Source of the DNA: Urinicoccus sp.
Lineage (GTDB): Bacteria > Bacillota > Clostridia > Tissierellales > Peptoniphilaceae
Length of the DNA: 36,459 nucleotides
Reading direction: 5' to 3'
Assembly: GCA_029983435.1 (NCBI GenBank)
Contig: JASBZN010000001.1
Coordinates: 1 to 36,459 of the forward strand
Both the position numbers and the translations under genes were made by a program. Below, piece after piece: positions 1 to 8,392 of the stretch. Within the stretch, counting starts at the first letter, position 1. Each line of letters starts with the position of its first letter. The notes beneath the pieces were generated by a model. The model made no database searches, was not told the DNA's origin, and saw only the letters and a list, made by a program, of their open reading frames with translations.

Positions 1-187
1 TTTCTCGATCTGGGCGAAGAGTCCCGTCTCCTGATCCTTGAATCCACTTTAATTCCACTGCCCGCATCATGTTTTCTTCTGCCCAATGCCCGTGAATATC
101 GGTAAAATTAGCAGCAAAACCTTGATTTGGAACCACAAGAAGGGCTAGGGCAAAAAGGCCCAGTCTTAATTTGTTTTTCCACTTCAT
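1..187 (-). CDS. S-layer homology (SLH) domain protein, 5' part only (runs off the window start)
   Basis: Not in the ORF track. Manual translation from ATG at 187 (GGAGG RBS upstream) gives MKWKNKLRLGLFALALLVVPNQGFAANFTDIHGHWAEENMMRAVELKWIQGSGDGTLRPDRE. This is a signal peptide followed by the SLH pattern FTDIxxHWA...WIxGxxDGTxRPD. Confidence 0.85.
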   Translation of the reverse strand, partial: MKWKNKLRLGLFALALLVVPNQGFAANFTDIHGHWAEENMMRAVELKWIQGSGDGTLRPDRE

Positions 188-345
188 CTTTTTTCCTCCA
201 GCAAATAATCTCCAGGCCCAAGGCCTTGCAACAGCGATGAGGTTGCCTTTCATTCAAAAATCATGGGTCAACCTTGTTCAATCTGAACTTAAATCAAGTT
301 TACCATATTGGGAGAAAAATTTGAATCCTTCTCTCGTTTTCCCAT

Positions 346-376
346 AAAAAAATCCCCAAGTCGAAACTTGGGGATT
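346..376 (-). terminator. Rho-independent terminator downstream of the 3-hydroxyacyl-CoA dehydrogenase gene
   Basis: AATCCCCAAGT-CGAA-ACTTGGGGATT hairpin (351-376) with an A-run on + (U-tail on -). Confidence 0.85.
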
Positions 377-407
377 CCACCAAAGGAAATTTTCTCTGAA
401 ATTTTCT

Positions 408-1373
408 TTACTTCTTGTAATCGTAGAAGCCCTTGCCAAAACTAGCGCCTTTTTCTCCCTTGTCGATTTTCTCCTTAACCATTTGGAGAATTTTGTAGTC
501 TAAAGAGTCGGGGTCTTGGGAAGAGGGTTTGTTTTGTTGAATATTATACACAGTATCTAGGCCCACGACATCAATAATTTGGAAGGGTCCAGCTGGTGCT
601 CCAGTAGCCAGTCGCCAAGTCATATCAATGGTTTCTGGATCCGCCACTCCCTTGGCCCAAAGGTGTTGGGCTGCATCTAAAAGAGGGACCAAAAGACTAT
701 TGAGCACATATCCCGGTTGTTCTTTATGGAGTTTAATGGGAATCATGTTAATTTCTTGGGCAAATTCCACTACGGTATCGTAGGTTTCTTGGGAAGTTCC
801 TGGATGTCCCATACATTCTGCTGTGTTGTGAGCCCAAATTTCATTGGCAAAATGAAGAGCCATGTATTTTTCTGGGCGGCCAGTGCTTTCTGCAAAGGTC
901 GAAGGTAAGAGGGTGGAAGAGTTCGTACAGAGGATGGTCTTTTCATCCAAGAAATCTCGGGCTTTTTCATAGAGGTCGATTTTGGCTTGGGGATCTTCCG
1001 CCATGGCTTCAATGGCAATATCTGCTCCCTTTAGGGCCTTTTCCATATCCAGCTCCAAGTGAAGATTTTCTTCCATATTTTTTTTACCCTTGGCTAGAAG
1101 GTCGTCGATATCTTCTTCTGTAAGTCCTTCCCACTTGGAGATCAGTCCCTTGGGATAAAGATAGGCTCCCATAGGGTTTTTTAAGAGCTTTTTAGATCCT
1201 TCCAAAGCTTGAAGGATCTTTTCTTTATAGGTTTTAATCTTAGGCTCCGTTCTACCAATGGATCCTTGGCTCCGAAGCCAAATAGTTGTATCATGACCTG
1301 TATAGGCACTCATTAAGGCAATTTGTGTTCCCAATACACCTCCGCCTAGTAAAACCACTTTTTTAAATTCCAT
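408..1373 (-). CDS. 3-hydroxyacyl-CoA (3-hydroxybutyryl-CoA-type) dehydrogenase family protein
   Basis: Rossmann GGGVLG, IEAMAE, TNSSTL, catalytic HFAN...AE, PGYVLNSLL, GPFQIIDVVGLD and C-terminal GKGFYDY. AGGAGG RBS. Confidence 0.9.
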   Translation of the reverse strand: MEFKKVVLLGGGVLGTQIALMSAYTGHDTTIWLRSQGSIGRTEPKIKTYKEKILQALEGSKKLLKNPMGAYLYPKGLISKWEGLTEEDIDDLLAKGKKNMEENLHLELDMEKALKGADIAIEAMAEDPQAKIDLYEKARDFLDEKTILCTNSSTLLPSTFAESTGRPEKYMALHFANEIWAHNTAECMGHPGTSQETYDTVVEFAQEINMIPIKLHKEQPGYVLNSLLVPLLDAAQHLWAKGVADPETIDMTWRLATGAPAGPFQIIDVVGLDTVYNIQQNKPSSQDPDSLDYKILQMVKEKIDKGEKGASFGKGFYDYKK

Positions 1374-1493
1374 TTTTTCCTCCTTATTTATCCATTTTAT
1401 CTATCATCTCGGCTTTAAGCCCTTTCGCTTTTATATGTACCCCAAAAATCCCATTTTAAAATCAAGAAAGGTCCGATTTTTTCCCTTCTCCAA

Positions 1494-1525
1494 TAAAAAA
1501 AGACGATCCTCTTCCATCGTCTTTT
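1494..1525 (-). terminator. Rho-independent terminator after the small membrane protein gene
   Basis: AAAAGACGAT...ATCGTCTTTT inverted repeat with a longer A-run on the left, immediately past the stop at 1533. Confidence 0.7.
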
Positions 1526-1532
1526 CCCGCTA

Positions 1533-1817
1533 CTATATGGACCTTAAGGCTTTATTGATCCCCTTTAAGAGCTTAATAAGAAGGGTCCCCACCAAGGGAA
1601 CCCCCAAAGGCCCTAAAAGAAAGGCCAGGATAAAAGCCCCTAGGGCTACAGAACCCATCCCATGAATAAAGGCAAAAAAGCCCACCACTAGGCATATCCC
1701 CATAAGGGTATAGAGGAAAATTTTCCCCAAGCCAAATAAAATACTTAACATTAGTGTAAGTAGACTTAAAAATAAATTAACTGGAAATAAAATTAGTTTA
1801 ACAAGTCCCCTTAGCAT
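1533..1817 (-). CDS. Small hydrophobic membrane protein, CD1845-family-like
   Basis: 94 aa, almost entirely hydrophobic. KLILFP...AFLLGPLGVP resembles the CD1845 family pattern (from memory). It has its own extended -10 and terminator. Confidence 0.65.
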   Translation of the reverse strand: MLRGLVKLILFPVNLFLSLLTLMLSILFGLGKIFLYTLMGICLVVGFFAFIHGMGSVALGAFILAFLLGPLGVPLVGTLLIKLLKGINKALRSI

Positions 1818-1854
1818 CTCAAACCCTTTCTACTTTTAATCCCTGTCTTTTTTC

Positions 1855-1863
1855 ATTATAGCA
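1855..1863 (-). promoter_or_regulatory. Extended -10 promoter element (TGCTATAAT)
   Basis: Reverse complement reads TGCTATAAT about 40 nt upstream of the ATG at 1817. Confidence 0.55.
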
Positions 1864-1950
1864 TGGAGGCCATAAAAAAGAAGAGATCTTCCTTAAATTA
1901 GAAACATCTCTTCCTTTTCTATACTTTTTCTTTACTTTTCAACAACTGCA

Positions 1951-3285
1951 TCAAGATGGTTCACTCATCAATTCTTCATCCGACTGTTCATCTCTATTTT
2001 TTTCAAAATCTTCATGGATGGCCTTTAATCTTTCTCGGTTCATTTCTGTATCCATGGCGTCTAGGCAAATTTTATAGACATAATCTAAATATTCTTTTAC
2101 CTGACCTTTTACACTTTTATCGGCAATCATATAAACCAGATATAACCCTTTAAGAATCCCTTCTGCCACCAAGGGATCCTCTTTTCCATAGTGGACAATT
2201 TGTACAAAGGAATTGTAGAGTTCCTCTTGGACAGTGTAGCCATTGTAGATAATTTTTGTTTGGTCATCTTCATCTAAGACAACATAAAAATTGTTTGTTG
2301 AAAAAAGTTTCCCTAACAACATCGAAATCTTTCCAATGCTGGTCCTAGCTGTATTGGGGTCGTTCACTCCCGGGCTTAAAGCCATTAGAGCAATTTCAAT
2401 TAAATTGGTCATTTCATGGTGGTAGTCTTTTACATCATTTTTACTGACATTGATGACTAGGCAATCCGCAAGTTTAGCTAAAAATTCTTTTTTCTCCTGA
2501 CCCTCTAAGCCTAGGTCTTCCATCATACGGAGCTTTGCTATATACATCCCCTTGGAAAGGTAGTCGCCAACTTTTCTTTCAACGACCACTTCCGACTTAA
2601 GGCCCTTTGCCTTTAGCTGAGCCAATAAATTTTTGCTGTCAACTTCATATAAATACCCCGTTTGGTTAGCAAAAATCTTAATTTCATCGACAGGTTGGCT
2701 GTTGACAAAGCGTTCCGATTCCTTCCTTAAATTGGCCTCTTCCTCTATAAGGTCAGAGGCATTATTATAGATTGTCTCAATAACATTGGCAACCTTTATA
2801 TCTTTAAGAACCCGCCGAACAAATAAAATAAAAGAAATCATGGCGGCAATGGCATAAAAAATAGCAATGGTTCCCGATATTAGAGGAATCTTTGAATCAA
2901 TATTTTGCACCATAAAAAGAGCCAGAACGGTGTAAAAAAAGCCACCAATAAAGACTCCAAAAAGGCTCAAGACATTGGGCTTGTCAATAAAGTCTTGCAC
3001 AATCCGAGGGGTAAAGGACCCAGAATATTTATTTAATACCGTCAGAATCGTGGTAAAGGTAAAAGTCGTAACGGTTAAAAACGTTCCAGTCAAGTTAGAT
3101 AAAAAGGAAGAAGTAACCTCTGAAGAAAGTAAGAGCACTTCTGGTAACTTGCTTTTTAGCTCTGGGTTTTGGTAGTCCAAAGACCAGGTAATAACTAGAA
3201 GAATTAAAGAAATAAGACTATACCTTGTAATTCTTATGATATTTCGATTGTTGTAATAGAATAATTTTATTTTACTTAACATCAT
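1951..3285 (-). CDS. DUF2254 family membrane protein
   Basis: N-terminal TM helices with LTVTTFTFT...YSGSFTPR, and the soluble-domain motif EIALMALSPGVNDPNTA. Confidence 0.85.
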   Translation of the reverse strand: MMLSKIKLFYYNNRNIIRITRYSLISLILLVITWSLDYQNPELKSKLPEVLLLSSEVTSSFLSNLTGTFLTVTTFTFTTILTVLNKYSGSFTPRIVQDFIDKPNVLSLFGVFIGGFFYTVLALFMVQNIDSKIPLISGTIAIFYAIAAMISFILFVRRVLKDIKVANVIETIYNNASDLIEEEANLRKESERFVNSQPVDEIKIFANQTGYLYEVDSKNLLAQLKAKGLKSEVVVERKVGDYLSKGMYIAKLRMMEDLGLEGQEKKEFLAKLADCLVINVSKNDVKDYHHEMTNLIEIALMALSPGVNDPNTARTSIGKISMLLGKLFSTNNFYVVLDEDDQTKIIYNGYTVQEELYNSFVQIVHYGKEDPLVAEGILKGLYLVYMIADKSVKGQVKEYLDYVYKICLDAMDTEMNRERLKAIHEDFEKNRDEQSDEELMSEPS

Positions 3286-3300
3286 TTCACCTTAAATTCT

Positions 3301-3309
3301 ATTTTACCA
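3301..3309 (-). promoter_or_regulatory. Extended -10 promoter element (TGGTAAAAT)
   Basis: Reverse complement TGGTAAAAT just upstream of the DUF2254 start region. Confidence 0.45.
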
Positions 3310-3359
3310 TAGAATCTTTCTGAAAAGAACTGCTAACTTACCTTCTCCTAGCTACATAC

Positions 3360-3384
3360 AAAAAAGGGAGGTCTCCCTCCCTTT
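3360..3384 (-). terminator. Rho-independent terminator
   Basis: AAAGGGAGG-TCTC-CCTCCCTTT hairpin with an A-run on +, 11 nt past the stop at 3396. Confidence 0.75.
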
Positions 3385-3395
3385 CGTTCAAAAAT

Positions 3396-4583
3396 TTATT
3401 TTTCAGCCCCTGGGCCAATATAAATTTCTACTAATTCCACAACTTTTTCTCCATCAAATTGAACCCAGAAGGGTGGTTTTAATTTCCGATTTTCCATTTC
3501 CTTTTTAAAGCTTTCATAGGAAACTTCATGAGCTGCTGTAACCATGCCCTTTTCTTCCCGAAGGTAAAATTTGCAATCCTTGTCCAAGTCAAAGGGAACT
3601 TCTTCTTCCTTTTCGTCATAAACATTAGCACCCCAAGCTGGACCTAGCATTAAGTCTGCCCGTCTTTTTATATTATTAATAGAAATAAACTCCCCAGGAT
3701 TCAGGTTAATTTTTCCTGCTTCCTTATCAATGGAGTTAATATAAGCCACATATTTTTCTGTTTCTTTTAAACCATCCACAAATTGAAGAGTGTGGAGGGC
3801 TTCTTTAAAGAGCATTTCCTTTTCTTTGTAGTCTTTTTCTGTCCCTTGGCTATAGGGAACATCCGAAGGATAATTGACTTCCGTGAAAAATCCCTTGTCA
3901 TACTTAAGAATATCTGTTGGGACAATCGCAGAAAAACTATAATTATAGGCCTTACCAATAGATGCGATTAATTCGTTCCGATCCTTGGTAAAAAACTCAT
4001 AGGCATTGTTTTCAATGTTAAAACGAGTGGCAATGGCATCATCAAAGCCTGCTGGTAAGTACATTCTGACACCAATTTCTGGATAGTCCCTCTTGGTCAT
4101 CTTGGCTAAGTCTTCTTCATTGACAGGTGGAAAAATATTTTCTCCAATTAAGACCATCCCCATGGGGCCATTCCATTCTACCTTTTGACCATAGGCTTCT
4201 GCTACTGTTCGAACAGGAATAAATATCCGATTATTTACAGCCTTGGCAGGAACATCCATGGTGACTTCTTTTGTAGCTTCCCCTTCTTGAACAGTTACCT
4301 TCTTATCCCCCAGGGTAAAAAGCAACTTTGTGGAAGCTTTTGTCAATTCCACTTGATTTTTTTCCGCCTTCCAATCTACCTTAAATTGTAAAGCTTCTGA
4401 CAGAGCCCGAACAGGAACCAAGGTCCTGGAATTTTCTGCAAAAGGTGCTACATCCGTAGGAATTAATCTTCCATTGACAACCAGTGAAATAGGCTTGTCC
4501 TGTCCATAAATGGGACTTGCCACAAGGACCAGACCCAGGAAGATAGACAGAAGGGTACCCATTCTTTGAAGTGATTTCTTCAT
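3396..4583 (-). CDS. Secreted protein with copper amine oxidase N-terminal (stalk) domain and an uncharacterised C-terminal region
   Basis: Signal peptide. DVAPFAENSRTLVPVRALSEAL..VDW and MDVPAKAVNNRIFIPVRTVAEAYGQKVEW are typical stalk-domain repeats. AGGAGG RBS. Confidence 0.85.
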   Translation of the reverse strand: MKKSLQRMGTLLSIFLGLVLVASPIYGQDKPISLVVNGRLIPTDVAPFAENSRTLVPVRALSEALQFKVDWKAEKNQVELTKASTKLLFTLGDKKVTVQEGEATKEVTMDVPAKAVNNRIFIPVRTVAEAYGQKVEWNGPMGMVLIGENIFPPVNEEDLAKMTKRDYPEIGVRMYLPAGFDDAIATRFNIENNAYEFFTKDRNELIASIGKAYNYSFSAIVPTDILKYDKGFFTEVNYPSDVPYSQGTEKDYKEKEMLFKEALHTLQFVDGLKETEKYVAYINSIDKEAGKINLNPGEFISINNIKRRADLMLGPAWGANVYDEKEEEVPFDLDKDCKFYLREEKGMVTAAHEVSYESFKKEMENRKLKPPFWVQFDGEKVVELVEIYIGPGAEK

Positions 4584-4761
4584 TTCTCTTCCTCCTTTTT
4601 ATTTTAAGACATTCTTTATGTCTGTTTTATACCCGCTTTAAACTTCCCTATTCAATTTTCCAAGCTTTTCTACTGCGATTTAACTATTACTCATTTTGTA
4701 CAAAAAACTATACTCATTCAAAGTTTTCCTGTCTAAGCTATGGACTAGTACGCGACACACT

Positions 4762-4803
4762 TAAAAAGCAGTCTTTAGACCTAAATCTAAAAACTGCTTT
4801 TTA
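4762..4803 (-). terminator. Terminator of the lysA-dapF-transporter operon (symmetrical, could act bidirectionally)
   Basis: TAAAAAGCAGT...ACTGCTTTTTA outer stem with an inner TTTAGA/TCTAAA stem. Confidence 0.8.
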
Positions 4804-4828
4804 TATCATATCCAAAAAGTCTTCTGAT

Positions 4829-6067
4829 TTATTTGTTCATCACCTTACTATTTAGCCAATTTTTTCCTTCAACAACTCTTGCTACGAGCATCGATGCAAT
4901 AGTATCTCCAGAAGAGTTAATCATTGTTGCAGGTGGATCAACTAAAAATCCAATCGTTGCTATTACAGGGAATGCTTCTGGTGGAAAACCGTATATATTG
5001 ACAATTAGCATTTCTCCAATTAGTCCTCCACCTGGAACCCCACTCATAACAACTCCACCTAATACAGAAATTAATATTGCCGTAATAAAGGTCCCCGCTC
5101 CAGTAAATTGCTGTCCAAAAACACCAAATAGAAACGAAATCTTCAATATAGAAGAAAGACAAGTTCCGTCCATATGCATTGTTGCTCCTAAAGGCATTAC
5201 AATTTCTCGAATATCTTGAGGAACCCCTATTTTCTTTGCCGATTCAAGATTTACGGGCATTGTTGCAATGGATGAACCTGTTGCAAAGGCAGTAATCGCT
5301 GGTGGTAAAATATTTTTAACCATTCTTCTAACAGCTTCTTTGCCTCCTGAAATATATGCATACGCAGGGAACATAATTACAAAATACAGCAAACATACAG
5401 GATAATAAATAACCATAGCTCTTAAGTAAGAACCTAATAGTTTAGGCCCAAATTCACCAATAAGAGATGCAAAGTAGGCACCCAATCCAATCGGAGCGTA
5501 TAGCATAACTATTCCAACTAATTTCATCATGACATCGCCTAAAGCATCTAATAAGGATGCAATTCTTTTATCTGGATCGTCAATATTCGCAACACAAATT
5601 CCAAATAGAATAGCAAAAATGATAAGTGGTAACATATTTTCTTTGGAAAATAATTCACTAAAATCATTAACAGTTAAAGCTTGTACAATTTGCTCCCCAA
5701 TAGAAACCTTCTCAACTGGATCGCCCATCGTTAAGGCAAGGTTAACGCCTTGTGCAGGCGGAAATGCTGTAACAACAATGATGATAATGACAGAGGCCAC
5801 TAAACCTGTCGCAACAAAAACTCCAAAAAGACCTCCCAATATTTTTCCCAATCTTTTCATGCTAACCATGTTGCCTACAGCACTTGCAATTGTAACAAAG
5901 ACTAAGGGCACCACTATAGTAAACATCAGGTTTATAAAGACATCTCCAAAAGGTTTTAAAACGGTTGCTTTTTCTCCCCATTTTAAACCAATAATACTTC
6001 CTATAATTATTGATAACAATAAAATTATTGGAAACCGATAGTTTTTTAAAGCATTTGTTTTTTTCAT
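4829..6067 (-). CDS. Dicarboxylate/amino acid:cation symporter (DAACS/SDF family)
   Basis: Multi-TM protein. PFGDVFINLM..IVVPLVF, AFATGSSIATMP (serine motif), PLGATMHMDGT (NMDGT-like) and DPPATMINSSGD. Confidence 0.9.
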   Translation of the reverse strand: MKKTNALKNYRFPIILLLSIIIGSIIGLKWGEKATVLKPFGDVFINLMFTIVVPLVFVTIASAVGNMVSMKRLGKILGGLFGVFVATGLVASVIIIIVVTAFPPAQGVNLALTMGDPVEKVSIGEQIVQALTVNDFSELFSKENMLPLIIFAILFGICVANIDDPDKRIASLLDALGDVMMKLVGIVMLYAPIGLGAYFASLIGEFGPKLLGSYLRAMVIYYPVCLLYFVIMFPAYAYISGGKEAVRRMVKNILPPAITAFATGSSIATMPVNLESAKKIGVPQDIREIVMPLGATMHMDGTCLSSILKISFLFGVFGQQFTGAGTFITAILISVLGGVVMSGVPGGGLIGEMLIVNIYGFPPEAFPVIATIGFLVDPPATMINSSGDTIASMLVARVVEGKNWLNSKVMNK

Positions 6068-6085
6068 TTTTTCTCTCCTTTTTCG

Positions 6086-6904
6086 TTAAATCTCTTGCTT
6101 AAAATCCCCTTTAAATACAAGCTCTGTCTTTCCAATCAAGGTAATGTCTCTTACTTCTTTTCCCTGTTTTTTAATTTTTACGAGCAATTCTCCCCCCTCT
6201 ACAAGATTCTTTAATGTAATTTCTCCATCATCTTGCGTTTTTAGATAACTTATGTCTACAGAGGATACTCCTGTTCCACAAGCTAAAGTAAAATCCTCTA
6301 CTCCGCGTTCAAATGTTTTGATTTTTAAAACGTTTTCTTTAATATAATATAAATTTACGTTTGTTCCTTTGGGAAAAAACGGGTCGTGCCTAATCGTTTT
6401 TGCCAACCTATACTGCTCCTCTGGATGCATTTCCTCAAAGTTTATTTTATAGACAAAGTGAGGAACCCCAGGTTCTCCCAATTCTATATAATCGCCCGAT
6501 ATCTTACCATCCAGCACTTTCACATTGTACTTCTCTACCGATGGAAGATTAATCTTAACAGAATAAATATTATCCCGAACAAAAGATGTTTTAACATCCC
6601 CTGCTAAGGTCTCTAACACTGCTTGGGGAAGATTTAATTCTTCATGGGCAAACCGGGCTAGGCACCTTGCTCCATTTCCACACATTTCACCTCGGGTTCC
6701 ATCTGCGTTATAAAACTCCATTTTTATGTCACAGGTCTCTAATTCGCTCTTTCCCATGATAATTAATCCATCTGCTCCAACACCTAATCTTCGATTGCAT
6801 ATCTTCTGAGCAAATTCTTTTTTATTTTCTATGTTTAAACGACCTGTATAATTATTAATTAAGACAAAATCATTCCCGCATCCGTGCATTTTTGTAAACT
6901 TCAT
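6086..6904 (-). CDS. dapF: Diaminopimelate epimerase
   Basis: KMHGCGNDF, GVGADG, catalytic EMCGNGARC and ERGVEDFTLACGTG, GVPHFV, GTNVN. Confidence 0.95.
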   Translation of the reverse strand: MKFTKMHGCGNDFVLINNYTGRLNIENKKEFAQKICNRRLGVGADGLIIMGKSELETCDIKMEFYNADGTRGEMCGNGARCLARFAHEELNLPQAVLETLAGDVKTSFVRDNIYSVKINLPSVEKYNVKVLDGKISGDYIELGEPGVPHFVYKINFEEMHPEEQYRLAKTIRHDPFFPKGTNVNLYYIKENVLKIKTFERGVEDFTLACGTGVSSVDISYLKTQDDGEITLKNLVEGGELLVKIKKQGKEVRDITLIGKTELVFKGDFKQEI

Positions 6905-6905
6905 T

Positions 6906-8177
6906 TTAAACCTCTAAATCATCCATTATTAATTCTTCCAAGGACTGTCTTTTAACAACTAATTTGTGTTCTTTCCCTTCTACAAAAACCACAGCTGGTT
7001 TTAATAACTGATTATAATTACTAGACATGGAATAACCATACGCTCCTGTCGACCTTATAAGAATTAAGTCTCCTGTTCTTACTTCTGGCAGCTCAATATC
7101 TTCTCGAATAATATCTCCTGACTCACAACACTTTCCACAGATCGTAATTACTTCTTTTTTTTCACTTTCAACACAGTTGGCAACAACTCCGTCATATTTC
7201 GCTCCATATAGAGCTGGCCGAATATTATCTGTCATCCCCCCATCTATTGAAACATATTTTCGAACGCCTTCAATATTTTTAATTGATCCAACTGTATACA
7301 AAGTATAACCTGCTTCACCAACAATGCTACGACCAGGTTCAATTGTAACAACAGGGCGTTCCTTTTTAAAATGATTAAAAATTTCATCAATTTTATTCAT
7401 GATTGGATCTAAAAAATAAGAAAAAGATTTTCTTTCTTCATCTGTATAATTAATTCCAAAACCGCCACCTACATTTAACTCTTTAATTTCATCACATATT
7501 TCATAAGTTTCTTTCAAAAGAGGAGTGATATTGTTTAAAGCATTGACATATGGTTGGCTTTCAAATAACTGGCTCCCAATATGAAAATGATATCCTATAA
7601 ATTCTAGATAAGGTTCATCTGAAACTTTTTTCACTTGTTCCAATACTTCATCTAATGGAAATCCAAACTTAGTATCCTCTTTTGCTGTCGTAATATATTT
7701 ATGGGTATGCACCTCGACGCCAGGTGTTACGCGGAAAAGTAAATTTATTTTTCTTCGATATTTATGGGACAAATCGATTAAGTACTCTAGCTCTTCTTCT
7801 CCATCCACAATAATCTTCCCAACATTATTTTTTACTGCCATTTCCAGCTCTTCATATAATTTATTATTTCCATTAAATTCAATCCGAGAAGGATCAAAAC
7901 CAGCTTGTAGTGCAGTATATAACTCTCCCCCACTTACTACATCTAAGTTCAAACCTTCTTTCTCAATAAATTGACACATTGCTTTACAAATAAAAGCTTT
8001 CGACGCATACGAAATAATGGTATTGGGATATTTACTAGTGAACGCTTTTTTTAATTCATTTATTGTTTTTTTCATTTGTCCAACTGAATAAACATATAAA
8101 GGAGTGCCGTAGTGTTTTTTTAGATCAAGACAACAAACGTCTTCAATATAAGCTTTGTTTTCTCTTATTTTAATCAT
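6906..8177 (-). CDS. lysA: Diaminopimelate decarboxylase
   Basis: YGTPLYVY, PLP lysine in YASKAF, DVVSGGEL, HFHIGSQ, EPGRSIV, DGGMTDNIRPALY, CESGD and GAYGYSMSSNYN. Its stop is 1 nt from the dapF ATG, consistent with translational coupling. Confidence 0.95.
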   Translation of the reverse strand: MIKIRENKAYIEDVCCLDLKKHYGTPLYVYSVGQMKKTINELKKAFTSKYPNTIISYASKAFICKAMCQFIEKEGLNLDVVSGGELYTALQAGFDPSRIEFNGNNKLYEELEMAVKNNVGKIIVDGEEELEYLIDLSHKYRRKINLLFRVTPGVEVHTHKYITTAKEDTKFGFPLDEVLEQVKKVSDEPYLEFIGYHFHIGSQLFESQPYVNALNNITPLLKETYEICDEIKELNVGGGFGINYTDEERKSFSYFLDPIMNKIDEIFNHFKKERPVVTIEPGRSIVGEAGYTLYTVGSIKNIEGVRKYVSIDGGMTDNIRPALYGAKYDGVVANCVESEKKEVITICGKCCESGDIIREDIELPEVRTGDLILIRSTGAYGYSMSSNYNQLLKPAVVFVEGKEHKLVVKRQSLEELIMDDLEV

Positions 8178-8198
8178 AAAAGTTTCCCTTTCTACATT

Positions 8199-8214
8199 TT
8201 CCTATTAACGGGAA
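8199..8214. promoter_or_regulatory. Palindromic box 1, TTCC-N8-GGAA (candidate operator)
   Basis: TTCCTATTAACGGGAA in the lysA 5' UTR. The same pattern recurs at 8306-8321. Confidence 0.45.
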
Positions 8215-8247
8215 TTTAATCCCCGTTAATTCCCGTTCTTTTTCTTT

Positions 8248-8276
8248 ATTATAAGCCTAAATTTTTCACCCTTCAA
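8248..8276 (-). promoter_or_regulatory. Sigma70-type promoter of the lysA operon
   Basis: Reverse complement TTGAAG-17 nt-TATAAT. Confidence 0.7.
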
Positions 8277-8305
8277 TGCCTTTTCCTATTTTTTATACTT
8301 TATTT

Positions 8306-8321
8306 TTCCCATTTTCAGGAA
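8306..8321. promoter_or_regulatory. Palindromic box 2, TTCC-N8-GGAA (candidate operator)
   Basis: TTCCCATTTTCAGGAA, located between the two divergent -35 elements. Confidence 0.45.
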
Positions 8322-8328
8322 TACGGCG

Positions 8329-8357
8329 TTGCTATTTCTTTTATTCCTTTATATAAT
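8329..8357 (+). promoter_or_regulatory. Sigma70-type promoter of the regulator gene
   Basis: TTGCTA-17 nt-TATAAT, followed by an AAGGAG RBS and the ATG at 8393. Confidence 0.7.
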
Positions 8358-8392
8358 AGATTTATAAATTCTATCCACAGAAAGGAGTTACT

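Noticed and set aside
4571..4855. 94-aa plus-strand intergenic ORF (and 1435-1665, 28901-29083, 13511-13711)
   Set aside because: They span promoters or terminators, have no RBS, and show composition typical of random AT-rich frames.
4833..6041. Plus-strand ORFs of 128 aa and 170 aa (likewise 17212-17784, 23430-23819 and other short ORFs inside genes)
   Set aside because: They are antisense or alternative-frame shadows of well-supported genes, with no RBS or recognisable motifs.
8178..8392. Lysine riboswitch, T-box or sigma54 (-24/-12) promoter upstream of lysA
   Set aside because: The predicted leader is only about 65 nt, with no riboswitch or T-box motifs and no TGGCAC-N5-TTGC. Both directions have good sigma70 promoters.
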